In this document: positions 1 to 12,609 of the stretch, in pieces
Layout of the letters: the number at the start of each line of letters is the position of its first letter
Numbering within the stretch: the first letter of the stretch is position 1
Assembly: GCF_037042905.1 (NCBI RefSeq)
Contig: NC_087251.1
Location: 3,040,001 to 3,104,000 of the forward strand
Origin: Lytechinus pictus
Lineage: Eukaryota
Reading direction: 5' to 3'
DNA: 64,000 nucleotides
The notes under the pieces: model-generated
What the model saw: the letters and a program-made list of their open reading frames with translations, nothing else
Database searches by the model: none
Told to the model about the DNA's origin: nothing
Program-made: the position numbers and the translations under genes

Positions 1-165
1 AACTACCGCTACCACTACTACTCAATTTCTTCTACTATAAAAATACTCAACTACTGCTACTACTACTACTACTACTTCTACAACTGCTACTGCTACAACT
101 ACTACTACTACTAGTATTACTTAACTACGCTTCCTACTCCTACAATCAACACCACCACCAACAAC
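1..165. repeat. (ACT)n/(CTA)n degenerate trinucleotide microsatellite
   Basis: Direct reading of actactactact tracts. Confidence 0.85.
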
Positions 166-417
166 GAAAGGCATATCCATGTGTTTGCCACTTTTATTTC
201 AGTATCATATTATAAGCCTAAACATGTTTCTCTGATTCATCTCGTGGCGTGGAAAAGTAAAGTGACGTATTTATACATAATTGTGTTTGATTTATTTATC
301 TTTCAATTTTCCTTTGTGTAATATAGAAGCAACATAATTCGCACTTTTATGTATTGTTTTTGTCATCATTATTTTATGAACATCTGAAGTGTAACAAAGT
401 CATCCACTCCTGCGTAC

Positions 418-3400
418 CTTCTACTTCACAATGGCGACCACTATAACCCGATGTACATTCGCAGTAGTAATCCTGGGTTTCATACTGATTCATACACTGT
501 GCTCCATTCAAGCATGGTGAACTACCACAGCCGTTGTATTCTAATCAAGGAAAAATAAACAATTACAAAGTAATTTTGAGACCTTGTTATCAGTGCTCGA
601 AGTTATGAAAATACCGACGAAAGGCATATTTCAATTAACTTAATGAAAATATGAACCGGATGTAGGCCTACGGTACTCACACACTTGGCACCATTATAAA
701 TAGGAGGAAATAAATAATAAAACGTAATTGTCCTCATCTTCAAATGAATCATAATAAAAGATTGTTAATATCTTCAATATCTTTCTTAATTTACATATTT
801 CCAAACATCAAAATTTCTATATTTGATCTCTTGTCATGGATTCCAGTAAAAAGGTCATAAAAATAGAAATTGCAAGCTGTGTGTTATTCCTTTCGCCTTT
901 CGAAACAAATTTTCAAATTTGATAAAGGCTTGGCATACCTCCGGATAGACTCAGTTCGCAGTTATTCCCTGTATATCCATGGTTACATTGACATGTATAA
1001 CCTTTAAATTCAAATGGACTTGGGTCACACCTTCCATTGTCTCCACAAGGATTCGGGTCACAGTCTCCTTTTCCTAGAAAGGAACAAAGCATAAGTGTCA
1101 TGAAAGTTGCGTTTCGAGATATTTTTATCCAACTGAAATACAATTGTTATCTTAAACAGTCACTACATTGTTACCAATAATTGCTACTGGCTTAGTGAAA
1201 AAAATGTTTGTATAGTGAAAATCATTGTATTTCATTTTTAACATCATAAAATTGACTTACTTGTGCAGAGTTAATTGATTTTGAAACTATTGTTATTTTA
1301 CTTCACTACAATTCACAAATTTTCCTGGAAATAATTATTCGTATACAAAACTCAACTTCCTCATTTCTGGACGAGCCAGGTTGGAGAATGAAATTGTATT
1401 TTTACATGGCGTCACTAATCACCATTGAAACCACTTATAATTACATGTATTCTGAAAAAAAATAAGGATTTTGCATAAAGATGATAAAATTTACTCACCA
1501 GTGTCCAGTCTGTCACAGGTATAACCTATATATCCCGGTGCACACTGGCAGATAGCTGTCATGGACAGGGGATTAGCATGATTAACACAAGTGGCGCCAT
1601 TCATACATGGACCGCTGGAACATGGAGTATTGGCGGGAAAGGGTGCTGCATGAAATAAACAAGTTTATTCGTGCAGAAGATAAGCAATATCGTTGATTGA
1701 CAACTGACTATCTATTATAAATCAATGTAATTATGAGTCGTATGTATATACATAACAAAAAACAAACAAAAAAAAACTATAAACATTGATGGACTCTTTG
1801 GCAAGATAAGATTGCGTCTTGTCTCTTATCGCTCAAAAATACCAATTGTCAATTGACAATGAATAAATAACAATTCATCAAAAAACAAAGTTGCGTTTAT
1901 ATATATAAATATATATATATATTATATATATATATATTAGTGTCTTAGTCTGCCTTCACGCAAATACATTTTATTCGTCTGAAATCATTATTACAAGTAA
2001 CTTTAACTTCTAACATACCCATCTTTTATAGTCATGACGTAGGTAAGATAAGTTGGTTTGATTAAATGAATTAAAGATGTCGCTTACGAGATAATTCCGT
2101 CGATGTGTCACATAAAAAGCCATTGAAATTTTGAGGACATATACACATGAAAGCATTGCTGGCGGATGAATCGGAAGCAAGGAAACATGTCCCTCCATTC
2201 TTGCAAGGGTTATTGGTACAAGCATCTGCATTCACGTGGGTTAGATGAGAAAATAGAATACCTCTAAAAACACGATTTACAAACATGAAAAAGGCATTCC
2301 ATCAATACTCGATGCAGTAAACATTATAAAATATGGCATTTTGAATGCTTGTCTCACAAAACTGATATGCACAACACGGTTTTAACAGTTTACGCATAAT
2401 GAGGGAACTGTTTCCGTGATATATCAAATCTAATTTTCCTTCCAATAATCTAAATATGGTTTGGCATATAAAATTGCAATTTATGTTATTTATTTAATCT
2501 AATCGACAATATGTTATTTAAATCTAAGAAAAAATTGAAATTCTATGTCAAAATTATAATGGAGAAAAAGATATATTTGAGTGCATCAGTTTTGTAAAAC
2601 GAAGAAAAGCTTCAAGATGTCATAACTTTTTGATCTTCCAGTCGGTTTGGCAACACTTTTAGTGTTTAGCTTGTTCGTTTCCCTTCGCTTGAGGGTTGAT
2701 ATTGACATAAAAAAATAGATAATTGATGACAATATTGTCACTAAAAATAACTAACAATAAAATTGTGTAGACAAAGCAAACGTTCATACTATTTTGTTCA
2801 TTTTTCTTTTCAAGTCATGTTTTATTCCTGTTCTAGTATTGATTGCGGGTAAAAAAAAAAACAAGTTTACTATACCGTGTGAGTAAAAGAAAAACAAAAC
2901 TTGACACCCCACAAAATTATATATGGCCTGAAACAGTACCTTCTCTTAAATAATTCGATATCATATTCATATGGTATGTCTTCACGGTTGGATAATCAGG
3001 ACGTATTTTTATTTTTTTTACTGTGATGTGTAAAATTCGATTTGCGCCAAATAAAGCATGGCTGCAAATGAATGAATCCAGATGCCAATGATGTCATTAT
3101 CCCACACCTGAGTAAATAAACATATTTGCGATTTTCTTTTCAATGAAATTTACTTGAGCATTGATTAAAAGGTGTTAGTTAAACAATTCTATTGTCAAGT
3201 ACTGAAAATGTGTTTTACAATGTATTTTAATGCAATCATTGTAGGACTATGATATCATTTACATCTGTATTCATTAATTGCAGTCATGCCTTAATTTGGC
3301 GCAATTGAAATTTTTTATCAAAAGATATTCTTACCGTCCATATATGTATGATTTTGTGTTCATGACAGATCTTTTTCTTAAATTGGGGATTAATGAGGTG

Positions 3401-5122
3401 TCAAGTTTATTTTTTTTACTTACACGGTAGATCACTGAATGAAAATGAAAATGAAATTCATGCTCATGGCGAGCAAGATTTCAATTTCAATATCCGATTT
3501 ATATTTCATTTCAGTCCAGTTTTCTTCCACACTAACAGCAAAGTTGATACAGTTTGCACATCTCAAAACCATTATGAAAAAGGTAAAATTTAAATTACAC
3601 TGAATATAACAACACAATCATTCCTAAAAGCAGTTGAATAATTGATGATCATTGTAATTTAAAAGCTGTCATGTGGAGAAAACATCGTGAAAGCGAAGCT
3701 TGTGATACATTGTTGATGATTTAAACTAAAATATAAAGAATGATATAAAATTATACACTATACAAAACAACGCGGAACAGGAAAACACGTAGGACAGACA
3801 AAAGTATTCTGCAATAAAGTTTTTAGATTAATAGGGTCAGGCTATATAGCTTTGTCTACTATTTTTTTAACATCGCTTCTATATCCCCACATACGATTTA
3901 AAGAATGAACTAGAAAATATTTGACTTGTTTTGATAACCTTTTTTTTTTCTCGAGAAATTAATAAACTGGCTCATGCTCTTCAAAGTAACAGAAATAAAT
4001 TACAAACGGGGAAATAACAAGAAAATAATAGATTGTTAGTCATTGTTACCAATGACGTATACTTTATTGTCAATCATACTTTTGTTAAATTATGTCATGC
4101 TTGGGTAAACTGTATTTATATAGATAACAATCCGCGATAGGATGCATATAAATTATAATATAGAGATGAAATATCATATAATGCAATAATTTTGTTTTGA
4201 ATAATTCACTTTTCCCCCCACATTTGTCTCTTCTTCACCTTCTATTTCTTCTCTACATATACTATTCATTTTTATCTGATTATCTCGTTGCAATAATTAT
4301 TATTTCAAGCATGCTTAAAGTGCGTTGTGTGGTTGTTGATGATTTTTTTTTTTACAACATATACGTTTTACAATTTTGTAAATTTGTCAATATATTGTTA
4401 GTATCAATTAACGAAATACAAAAGATAAACAATGACTATTATACATAACTTTAACTATAAAAAGATGAAACGTGCTCTTTCATTTTTATGAGAGCAATAT
4501 GAAAAACATGAATTATTAGAAAAATGCGGAAGATCATTATCTAAATCGAATGCCACAAAAGCAAGTAAGAAACAGCACAAGGTCGCGCAATAAAAGAGAA
4601 AAATGTTTCAACTGCGGGTGGAAAAAAGAGAAACACCGGAGAAGGAGAATGAATGACGAAGAAGAGAAGATAAATTCAGGAAAGTCAAGAACAGTAAAGT
4701 TTTATTTATTTATTTATTTTTATACCCCCCCCCCCCAAAAAAAGTCTTTTTTCTATGTGAAGGGTGTTTTTCATTATTTTTAAGAGTCTTTAGAAATGTA
4801 ATTGATTTTGAAAGATTTCGGAACATCGTGATAACAAAAATCATATAGCTACACGCACATGCAAACGCATATATATGAAACAAGAACAAATAGAGTCCTA
4901 TATCCTCCCCCAAAAAAACTATCTGATGTAATATATATATATATTCTAGTGAATAAAGAACTTGTTGGCATTGCAAACTTGCATTACCCGTGAAAATCAT
5001 TTGTTTTGCATTTCTGATATATAAATATATATATTCATCCTTAAGTTACACTTACCTTGTGTCTTGCAGTAGCTGAATATTGGCAGCAGTACTACCATCA
5101 TTGCATATACACATTGCATCAT
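418..5122 (-). CDS. Secreted/extracellular EGF-repeat protein (5' part; gene continues beyond the left window edge)
   Basis: Exons 5056-5122 (MMQCVYAMMVVLLPIFSYCKTQ, signal-peptide-like), 2088-2261 (CTNNPCKNGGTC...CICPQNFNGFLC), 1499-1645 (CSSGPCMNGATC...CQCAPGYIGYTC), 939-1073 (CDPNPCGDNGRC...CQCNHGYTGNNC) and 418-540 (CGSSPCLNGAQC...CECTSGYSGRHC). All junctions are GT-AG and phase 1, as typical for EGF modules. No stop codon is reached inside the window. Confidence 0.88.
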
Positions 5123-6339
5123 GAAACTTGTACCTTTGCTGTTTAGATTGAGAAGAAGAAATTATAAAGAATCGTATGAATTACGGTTTAAAAAAAACCA
5201 TAAGTATATATACAGTATAGAGCTCACAAATATATTAAATAATAGCTATGTTGTTTTGTATTTGAAGACTTATATCAAGCAGCCCATATTCTTTCAATTA
5301 ATTCTGAGAATTTTGTAGGAATTTAGCGCTGAGATCAGTTTTTACACACTTTATTTTTGAACTACTTTATGTATGTTATATCATTCATAGTTTTGCACAG
5401 TGTTTCAAATAAAGCTATAGGTCGTGTAATAATTTTATAACAAAAGTCATGTCTTCGGGTATAATTTTCTTCTCTAACTAAATCAGCAAACTTATATAAA
5501 CATGTATGATTGATATTGTTGACTTTGTTGTATATATATGTGAAATCTAAAATATATGAACACATTTGATTTCAGAAGTCATATTACCTACCCCACAAAG
5601 ATTCGAGAATCCACTCCTTTTCTATTACGTTCAATCAAAAAGTAATTATCGTCTTTCTCAGCTGGATGTGAATAGCCAATCTTTGAGCCAGGATGCGATA
5701 TCTCTCAGTAATTGATGATTTGAAATAATATTTATCAACGAATAATATTGGATCACTTCTATGTTACCTCGTATCAATCATGCATGATCTTCTCACATGT
5801 CACAGCTATACACAATGCAAGAACGTTTGTTTCCAATCACTTCCAGGATTTATTTTAAGGAAAGATTGATGGGGCCTTCGCAAGTCTTGCCTCTTCTCAC
5901 GGCCCATCAACTTCTTCAAACAGACGGCATTGGAAAACATGCAAAATAAAAGAAGTAAAACAGAACGGGACCGTTGACTTTGTGAAGAGGGAAATTTCTT
6001 GGGTTGGGCGAACATAAAACTTTGTATGAAATATTTTGATAAGCAACCTATTTGTTCTGTGAAGTCTGTTTTGGTTTTGAGTAGGGAACAATTATATCAC
6101 ACCTTCCGACCTCCGATGAGGTGTCAGGGTCACCTTGCCTTGCAAGCTACGTTCTTTTAGTTCCATTTTAGGATGATTCCGTCATTCATGGAAATGAATA
6201 TTTTTTTTACCATTGTTCGAATTTCCACATGTAATTATTTATTTTGTATGAAGATCGTCATAAAGAGAAAATCATCATATTGCTCTCTTGGGCCTTGCTT
6301 CTTAAGTGTATCACTTGCTTTGTTTCATAATAACTCGCA

Positions 6340-6744
6340 GGTTTATTTCCAATTCGTCCAATGTCAATTCGTCCAATTGCCAACTCGTCTACTATCATTT
6401 GGTCTACTATCAGTTCCTCCACTCACCACATGGTCTACTTTCATTTAGTCTAATGCCATTCCGTCTGATAACCAGTTGGTCCAATAGCCATTTAGTGCAT
6501 CTACCATTTGGTCTAATTGGACTAAGTGTTAAATTGTGCAAAATGAATGAAAATGAAATGGATATTAGACCGACTGATTATGGGACGAAATGGTCATAGA
6601 CGAAATGATGATTAGACGAAGTGATGATTGGACCAAATGGATAATGGAACAAACGGTTGTTAGACGAAATGTTGATGGACTAATGGCATTAGACTAAATG
6701 AAAGTGGACGAGTTGGCATGCAGTAGACGAATTGGCAATTTACC
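6340..6744. mobile_element. Fold-back MITE with internally repeated ttcgtcc/gacgaa motifs
   Basis: Start ggtttatttccaattcgtcca matches the reverse complement of the end tagacgaattggcaatttacc. The left half is rich in ccaattcgtc/tttggtcta and the right half in the complements. No convincing TSD. Confidence 0.65.
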
Positions 6745-6747
6745 AAC

Positions 6748-6874
6748 TTTTGAGGCGACTTTTGAATGCAGAGCATGTAGATGCCTCCTTAATGGAAGAA
6801 GGGATCGTATTCCAAAGTTTAGGGGCCGAATGACAAAAGTATCTCTCCCCATAGAACTTGGTCTGAACAACTGG
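6748..6874 (-). mobile_element. L2/CR1-group LINE ORF2 C-terminal fragment
   Basis: Minus strand translates PVVQTKFYGERYFCHSAPKLWNTIPSSIKEASTCSAFKSRLK, matching the G-x-R-x-F...AP-x-LWN-x-LP...FK-x-x-LK C-terminus characteristic of L2-group LINEs. Confidence 0.65.
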
Positions 6875-6935
6875 ACACTTAAGCATAAGTATTACGCTTC
6901 AACCAAAATTAATGTAAATATGGATAAGGAAATAC

Positions 6936-6936
<1 letters not shown>

Positions 6937-7017
<81 letters not shown>
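6937..7017. repeat. (TA)n microsatellite
   Basis: Direct reading. Confidence 0.95.
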
Positions 7018-7019
<2 letters not shown>

Positions 7020-7720
7020 CGATATTACGTTCATCGTGTTGGACATAGAAGATATTAATGAGGCAAAGTGGTAATGCATTGTACTTAGTTCCAACAGTTT
7101 ATTTTGAATTCCAAATTTTCGACGTTAAACATACGTCTTCTTCAGGGATAAAGCTCACAGAGACAAGAACTGAAATAATAACATTCATGATTGTGGTAGT
7201 CATGGAACCGCGCACAAAACAGCATCACCATCATAATAATAATAAAAAAAAGCATATTGGAGGCGCAGGCTGTAAAAGTTATCGCGGGAGGATATCATTG
7301 TTACGTAACAATCACTTATTATGACGCCACCACAATCATGAAAATGCAAGAATAGAAAGGATAAAGGCTTATATATCAAGAAAATAAATTACGATAAAAG
7401 GAGGTGACAATGGCCTCCCAAATCACTCTATCTTGAAATCAACTGTTAATATGTATGGAGGAGAGTAGAGCAATAATAATGATAATAAACCTATGATAAA
7501 TTCCTGAAATTATTAAAAAAAATTGTATTTGTCCAGCCAAGACAGATCCTTGTTTAGGCCATACCTGAAACTTCGGCTATGAATAATGGCTCGAAGTTCA
7601 GCGAGTTTCCTCTCTTCCGCGGATTTATAACCTCCTCCGAAAAGGACTATTTTGAGATCACTGAGTACAATGCATCACTATTTTGAGATCACTAAGTACA
7701 ATGCATTACCACTTTGCCTC

Positions 7721-7724
<4 letters not shown>

Positions 7725-7772
<48 letters not shown>

Positions 7773-7878
7773 TGAAAGAAATGGATGAAGAGAACAATGG
7801 TAGGCGTTCTCTTCATCCATTTCTTTCACACAATATTTAAATAAAAGAGTTGCCAAAGCTGTAGTACATGTATAACTT

Positions 7879-7909
<31 letters not shown>

Positions 7910-8054
7910 TGTGTGAAAGAAATGGATGAAGAGAACAATGGTAGGCGTAGCTTACCATTGTTCTCTTCATCCATTTCTTTCACACAATATTTAAATATAA
8001 AAGAGTTGCCAAAGCTGTAGTACATGTATAACTTCACACACACATATATATATA
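7725..8054. repeat. Tandem duplication of a hairpin-bearing unit, copies separated by (TA)n tracts
   Basis: gtgtgaaagaaatggatgaagagaac...gttctcttcatccatttctttcacac occurs at 7770-7831 and 7906-7990. Each copy is followed by ataaaagagttgccaaagctgtagtacatgtataacttcacac. Confidence 0.9.
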
Positions 8055-9208
8055 AACTCCTCAAAAAAGTTTGGAAATCTGAATTTGATCGATAATCCCT
8101 CCTCGGTTTTAGTAAATATCAATGTGTAATTAATATCAATGAATATATCATTTAATTTCTTTAAGATGATACCCTACATGATATGATTATGGTTCACATG
8201 GAGGTGCAATGCCTTGAAATGTGGGGCAAGGTCAAAATTCAAAAGTTGCAAAATGACACAATATTGAAAGCACTGTTCTTTTTCCCGTGGTGATGAGTGA
8301 TTTTCTCAGCGGTTTCTTTTGACTTTGATCGATAATCCCTCCTCGGTTTTAGTAAATATCAATGGGTAATTAATAGATCATTTAATTCTCCTTAAAATTA
8401 TACCCTACATGATTCACATGGAGGTGCAGTGCCTTGAAATGTGGGGCAAGGTCAAAATTCAAAAGTTGCAAAATGACACAATATTGAAAGTCACTGTTCT
8501 TTTTTTCCGTGGTGATGAGTAAGTTTCTTAGCGGTTTCTTTTAATTGTTTTCATGCACCTTAACATCAACATTAACATGGAATCAAACATACCTCTGCAC
8601 GAGCAAACACATAACAAACAAACATGCATGGGTATTTCAAACCACGGCTCAAACCATGTTATCTCACAGAACCATCGCTACATAAACCACAACAAAACAT
8701 AAAAAATGAAGAAGCAGGGGCTTGATTTGAATGGATTTTCATCTCTATTGACACAGACAAAAGAATCATGTTCTGTATTGACCCTTCATTACTATTTCTG
8801 CTCGTTTTGCAGCTTTTCAATTCAGACCTCATCCAACACTTTTGAATCCTGCTATTTTCGTGACGGCACGATCATAACAAGCATGATATCATTTTAAAGA
8901 GAATTAAATGATCTTTTGAATGATGTTATATATGCATTGTATAAAATAAGGAGTTGGGAGAAATTAATGGCCAAACTCAGATTTCCAAACTCTTTTTTTT
9001 GTGCTCGTTTTGCAGCTTTTCAATTCAGACCTCATCCAACACTTTTGAATCCTGCTCTTTTCGTGATGGCATGATTATAACAAGCATGGTATCATTTTAA
9101 AGAGTATTAAATGATCTTTTGAATGATGTCAAATATGCATTGTGTAAAATTGGGAGTTGAAAGAAATCAATGGCCAAACTCAGATTTCCAAACTTTTTTG
9201 GAGGGGTT
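8055..9208. mobile_element. Non-autonomous Tc1/mariner-like element with internal tandem duplications
   Basis: TIRs aactcctcaaaaaagtttggaaatctga / tcagatttccaaacttttttggaggggtt, flanked by TA on both sides. Internal direct duplications at ~8085-8320 vs ~8325-8540 and ~8800-9000 vs ~9003-9200. Confidence 0.75.
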
Positions 9209-9942
9209 TATATGCATATATATATATATTTATTTCATATATATTTTACTGGACACTTACATTTTTCTCTTATGATTTGTGAAACTAATTCTCTCATTTA
9301 CATTACATATACACTAAAGTTCGTATAGCTTTGTTTAATATGTATAGTTATGTTTCTGGTTTACCAAGTTTGGATTATGGGGGTAGTGAGGTAACATAGG
9401 ACAGTACAAAGAAATACACATAAATACATGTATATGTAAAAAAAAGGAAAAATGAATAAGTCCATAAAAAATCTGAATCTGCTCTCAATCACAATAGAAG
9501 GAATTTTGAACACCATTTGTTTCCCCAAAAATCGATATCCCTTTCCCAGGGGAAAATTATCAATGCTTCCAATTTTAGAACATGTGTATTCACCTCTCAG
9601 TGATGATAAGCTATATGGAAACACTCAATAATCATTTATATTCAGGGGGGATGGCAGGATGTTTGATGGGGGGCCAAGACCAACTAAAAATGATGTAATT
9701 GAAAAACACGACCAAGATCTCTATTATACTCTTCTTCCTTTCTATTCATTTTCTCCTTTTTCCTTGACTTGAAAATCAGTGGGAGGGGTAAGACTAATCA
9801 ATTAAATCTCTACTGGGCTGTCTAGCGCCACTCGGTATGAGTATTACCATCAATTTTTTTATTTTTGCTACGGCAATATGATGCACTTCTAACCCTAAAA
9901 ATCCCACAAAATCATCAGTAACTAACGAACCACATGAATATC

Positions 9943-12547
9943 ATGTGGTCTTGGATGCCACTGCCAAAACCTGTATGCTGGGGTAACTGTTCTAGCTGAT
10001 GATGTGGCCCTCAAAGCTTCCTCAGCCAAAGAACTTCAATGCATGCTGAATCTCATCCATACCTATGCAACCACATGGAAGTACAAGATCAACCCATCAA
10101 AAAGTGCAATCCTCGTCTTTAATGGGCAAGACCACCTCAAGCACACTTGGTACCTGAATGAAGAGGAAGTTCAAGAAGTCAGTCAGCATCCCCATCTTGG
10201 TGTCACCAAGTCTTCAACATCTCAAGATCCTGCGCCGAACATCATTGCCAAGGGATATAACTCAACGGTGTCAAGTCAACTTTCAAGTCAACTTTCAGTC
10301 ATGTATCACACGGCGTTCCGCAAGGGTCCGTCCTCGGCCCCTTACTTTTCCTTTTGTATATCAACGACCTCGTAAATTGTTCCTCAATTCTTAATTTCAT
10401 ACTCTTTGCTGATGATACCAGTATTACTTTTTCTCAAAAAAATATTATTCCTCTCATTAACACCATAAATATTGAACTTCGTAAAGTCGTTGTCTGGCTC
10501 CAATGCAATAAACTGTCACTGAACCTTGAAAAAACAAAATTTGTACTATTTAAAACACAAACTAAAAAAATTGGTAATGACATTCCTCCAGTTATTATGG
10601 ATGGCAAGATTATTTCCCAGGTATCAAATATAAATTTTTTAGGTATCAAGATCAATGAATTTCTATCCTGGAAACCTCATATAGATGAATTATGCACTCG
10701 TTTATCAAAAAGTACTGGTGTCCTCCGCAAACTGAAGTTTATTTTACCCAGACATGTATTAATTTCACTTTATAATACTTTGGTTTTACCCCATCTCACT
10801 TATTGCTGTATGCTATGGGGGAATGGATTCAAAACACATTTACATAGATTATTTCTTATTCAAAAAAGGTTAATCAGAACAGTTTGTAATGCACATTTCA
10901 ATAGTCACACAAACAAGTTATTTCTTGATTGTAAAATATTGAAAATTTGTGACTTGGCTCTTATGTATACTTATATATTTATGTACAATTACCATTCAAA
11001 TCTCTTGCCAAATATTTTTAATAATCTCTTCAACACAAATGCCTCTTTCCATTCATACTTTACGCGTCATTCAGCAGATCTTCACCAATATCTTCCAAAA
11101 ACTAAAATTACCCAAAATTCTCTACGTTGTAGAGGAATTAAGCTGTGGAATGATTTAAATAATGATATTAAACAAAGCAAAACCCTAAATAAGTTTAAAA
11201 AACTCTTGAAAGTTGAATTTTTTGCTCAGTATAAAAACTCCTGCCAATAGCACACTGTAGGTCACTATGATTTATAATCATTACTTCTAGTTTGCTTATT
11301 TGTTTGTTTATTTCCCCTATGTTAGCCCATTGTTTCTTGTTATTTGTTGTTCACTCTTTATGTATGTACTATATTAATTTGTATTTGATTGTACCATGGT
11401 GGTGCCCCACTCACAAGTTTTTTCTAATGAAAACTTCTAGGGGCTCCCAATCCCATGTTTTTTACCTAACTTGTATATACCTGTATTTTTTATGATTGAT
11501 TGATTGAAATAAATTTTGAATTGAATTGAACTCCATATTCGCTCTGCTAGGTGGTTCGGCTTCAAGAAACAACTTCTGGCCTCCAACCATTGCCAAGTTG
11601 TGGACCACCTACTGCATTCCTAGGATGCTATATGGCATTGCTGCCATTAGAGTTACCAAGAGGTCCAGGGATAAGCTAGACTCAGCGCAGGCCCTTCTCT
11701 TAAAAAAGTTTATAGGGCTCCCCAGAAGCACAGCAAACGAGGCAGTCTTTCTCCTTACCGGAATCATCCCTCTCTCTATGCAGATCGACCTGAACACCTT
11801 GATGACTCTCGGGCAACTGGTTACTTTACCAAGCGATAGGTTTGAGCACAGAATACTTCTAAATGCTCTCGCTGCCGATGTCCCTTTCATCTCCTACTGG
11901 AAGCAGCTAATCGCCAAATACAGCTTGCCTGCCATCCTGTCTGGCTCCCCGAGCTTCGACTACCTCACCTGGAAAAGACTGTGCCGCCAGGCCATCTTCA
12001 AGAAGCACAATGCTGGCCTAGTTGATGCCACTCAGGAGAAGCACACTCTTGCCTTCTGGAAGCAATGTTCAACGTTTCCAAGCCCTAGCAGTCTATTCCC
12101 CCCTGCACTACCTTCACACCTCCGTATTGCTACAAGACTTCGCTCCCAACTTCTGACAGGCACCTACCTAACACAACAAAGACTGAAGACCATAGGCAAG
12201 TCTCCCAGCGCCACCTGTAGACTTTGCTCAACGGAGGAAGAAAGCTCCACCCACTTCCTTCCCAACCCTCAACAGTCTGTTCTCATTCAACATGTCCTAT
12301 CTCTAAGCCTCCCTGCTTCAGTTAGCCAAGCCTTCACCTCTGCTCATCCCCTCATCCTTGCCACTAATATCTTATTACCCTCCTCGCACCTATCTGTCAC
12401 TCTTGCTGCCAATGTCATGACCCACTGCCTCAGATACATTCTTAAAATTCATCATATTCGCTTAGAGAAATTACTTCACCACAACGACCAACCTGCGGAT
12501 AGCCGCTGATCCTCGAATACCGGGGGAAGAACAACAAAGAAGAAGAA
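9943..12547 (+). mobile_element. 5'-truncated LINE (RTE-X-like, tentative), split by a younger LINE insertion
   Basis: RT motif VLADDVAL...WKYKINPSKS at ~9985-10110. The frame resumes at 11534 (NSIFALLGG...) and ends in CRLC-x8-H, a zinc-knuckle-like motif. (GAA)n-like tail at 12526-12547, with a possible gaatat TSD at 9936-9941 and 12545-12550. Confidence 0.8.
10264..11528 (+). mobile_element. 5'-truncated CR1/L2-group LINE (RT C-terminal half plus 3' UTR)
   Basis: GVPQGSVLGPLLFLLYINDL and LFADDT RT motifs, ORF 10354-11250 ending in KLWNDL...FKKLLK, and a 3' tail aataaattttgaattgaattgaa. Flanked by an aactc direct repeat (10259-10263 and 11529-11533). Confidence 0.92.
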
Positions 12548-12609
12548 TATACTGCAAATTACAGTCTGCAAAAAAAAAAATCAGTCCACAAGGAAATCTT
12601 TAAAACTAA

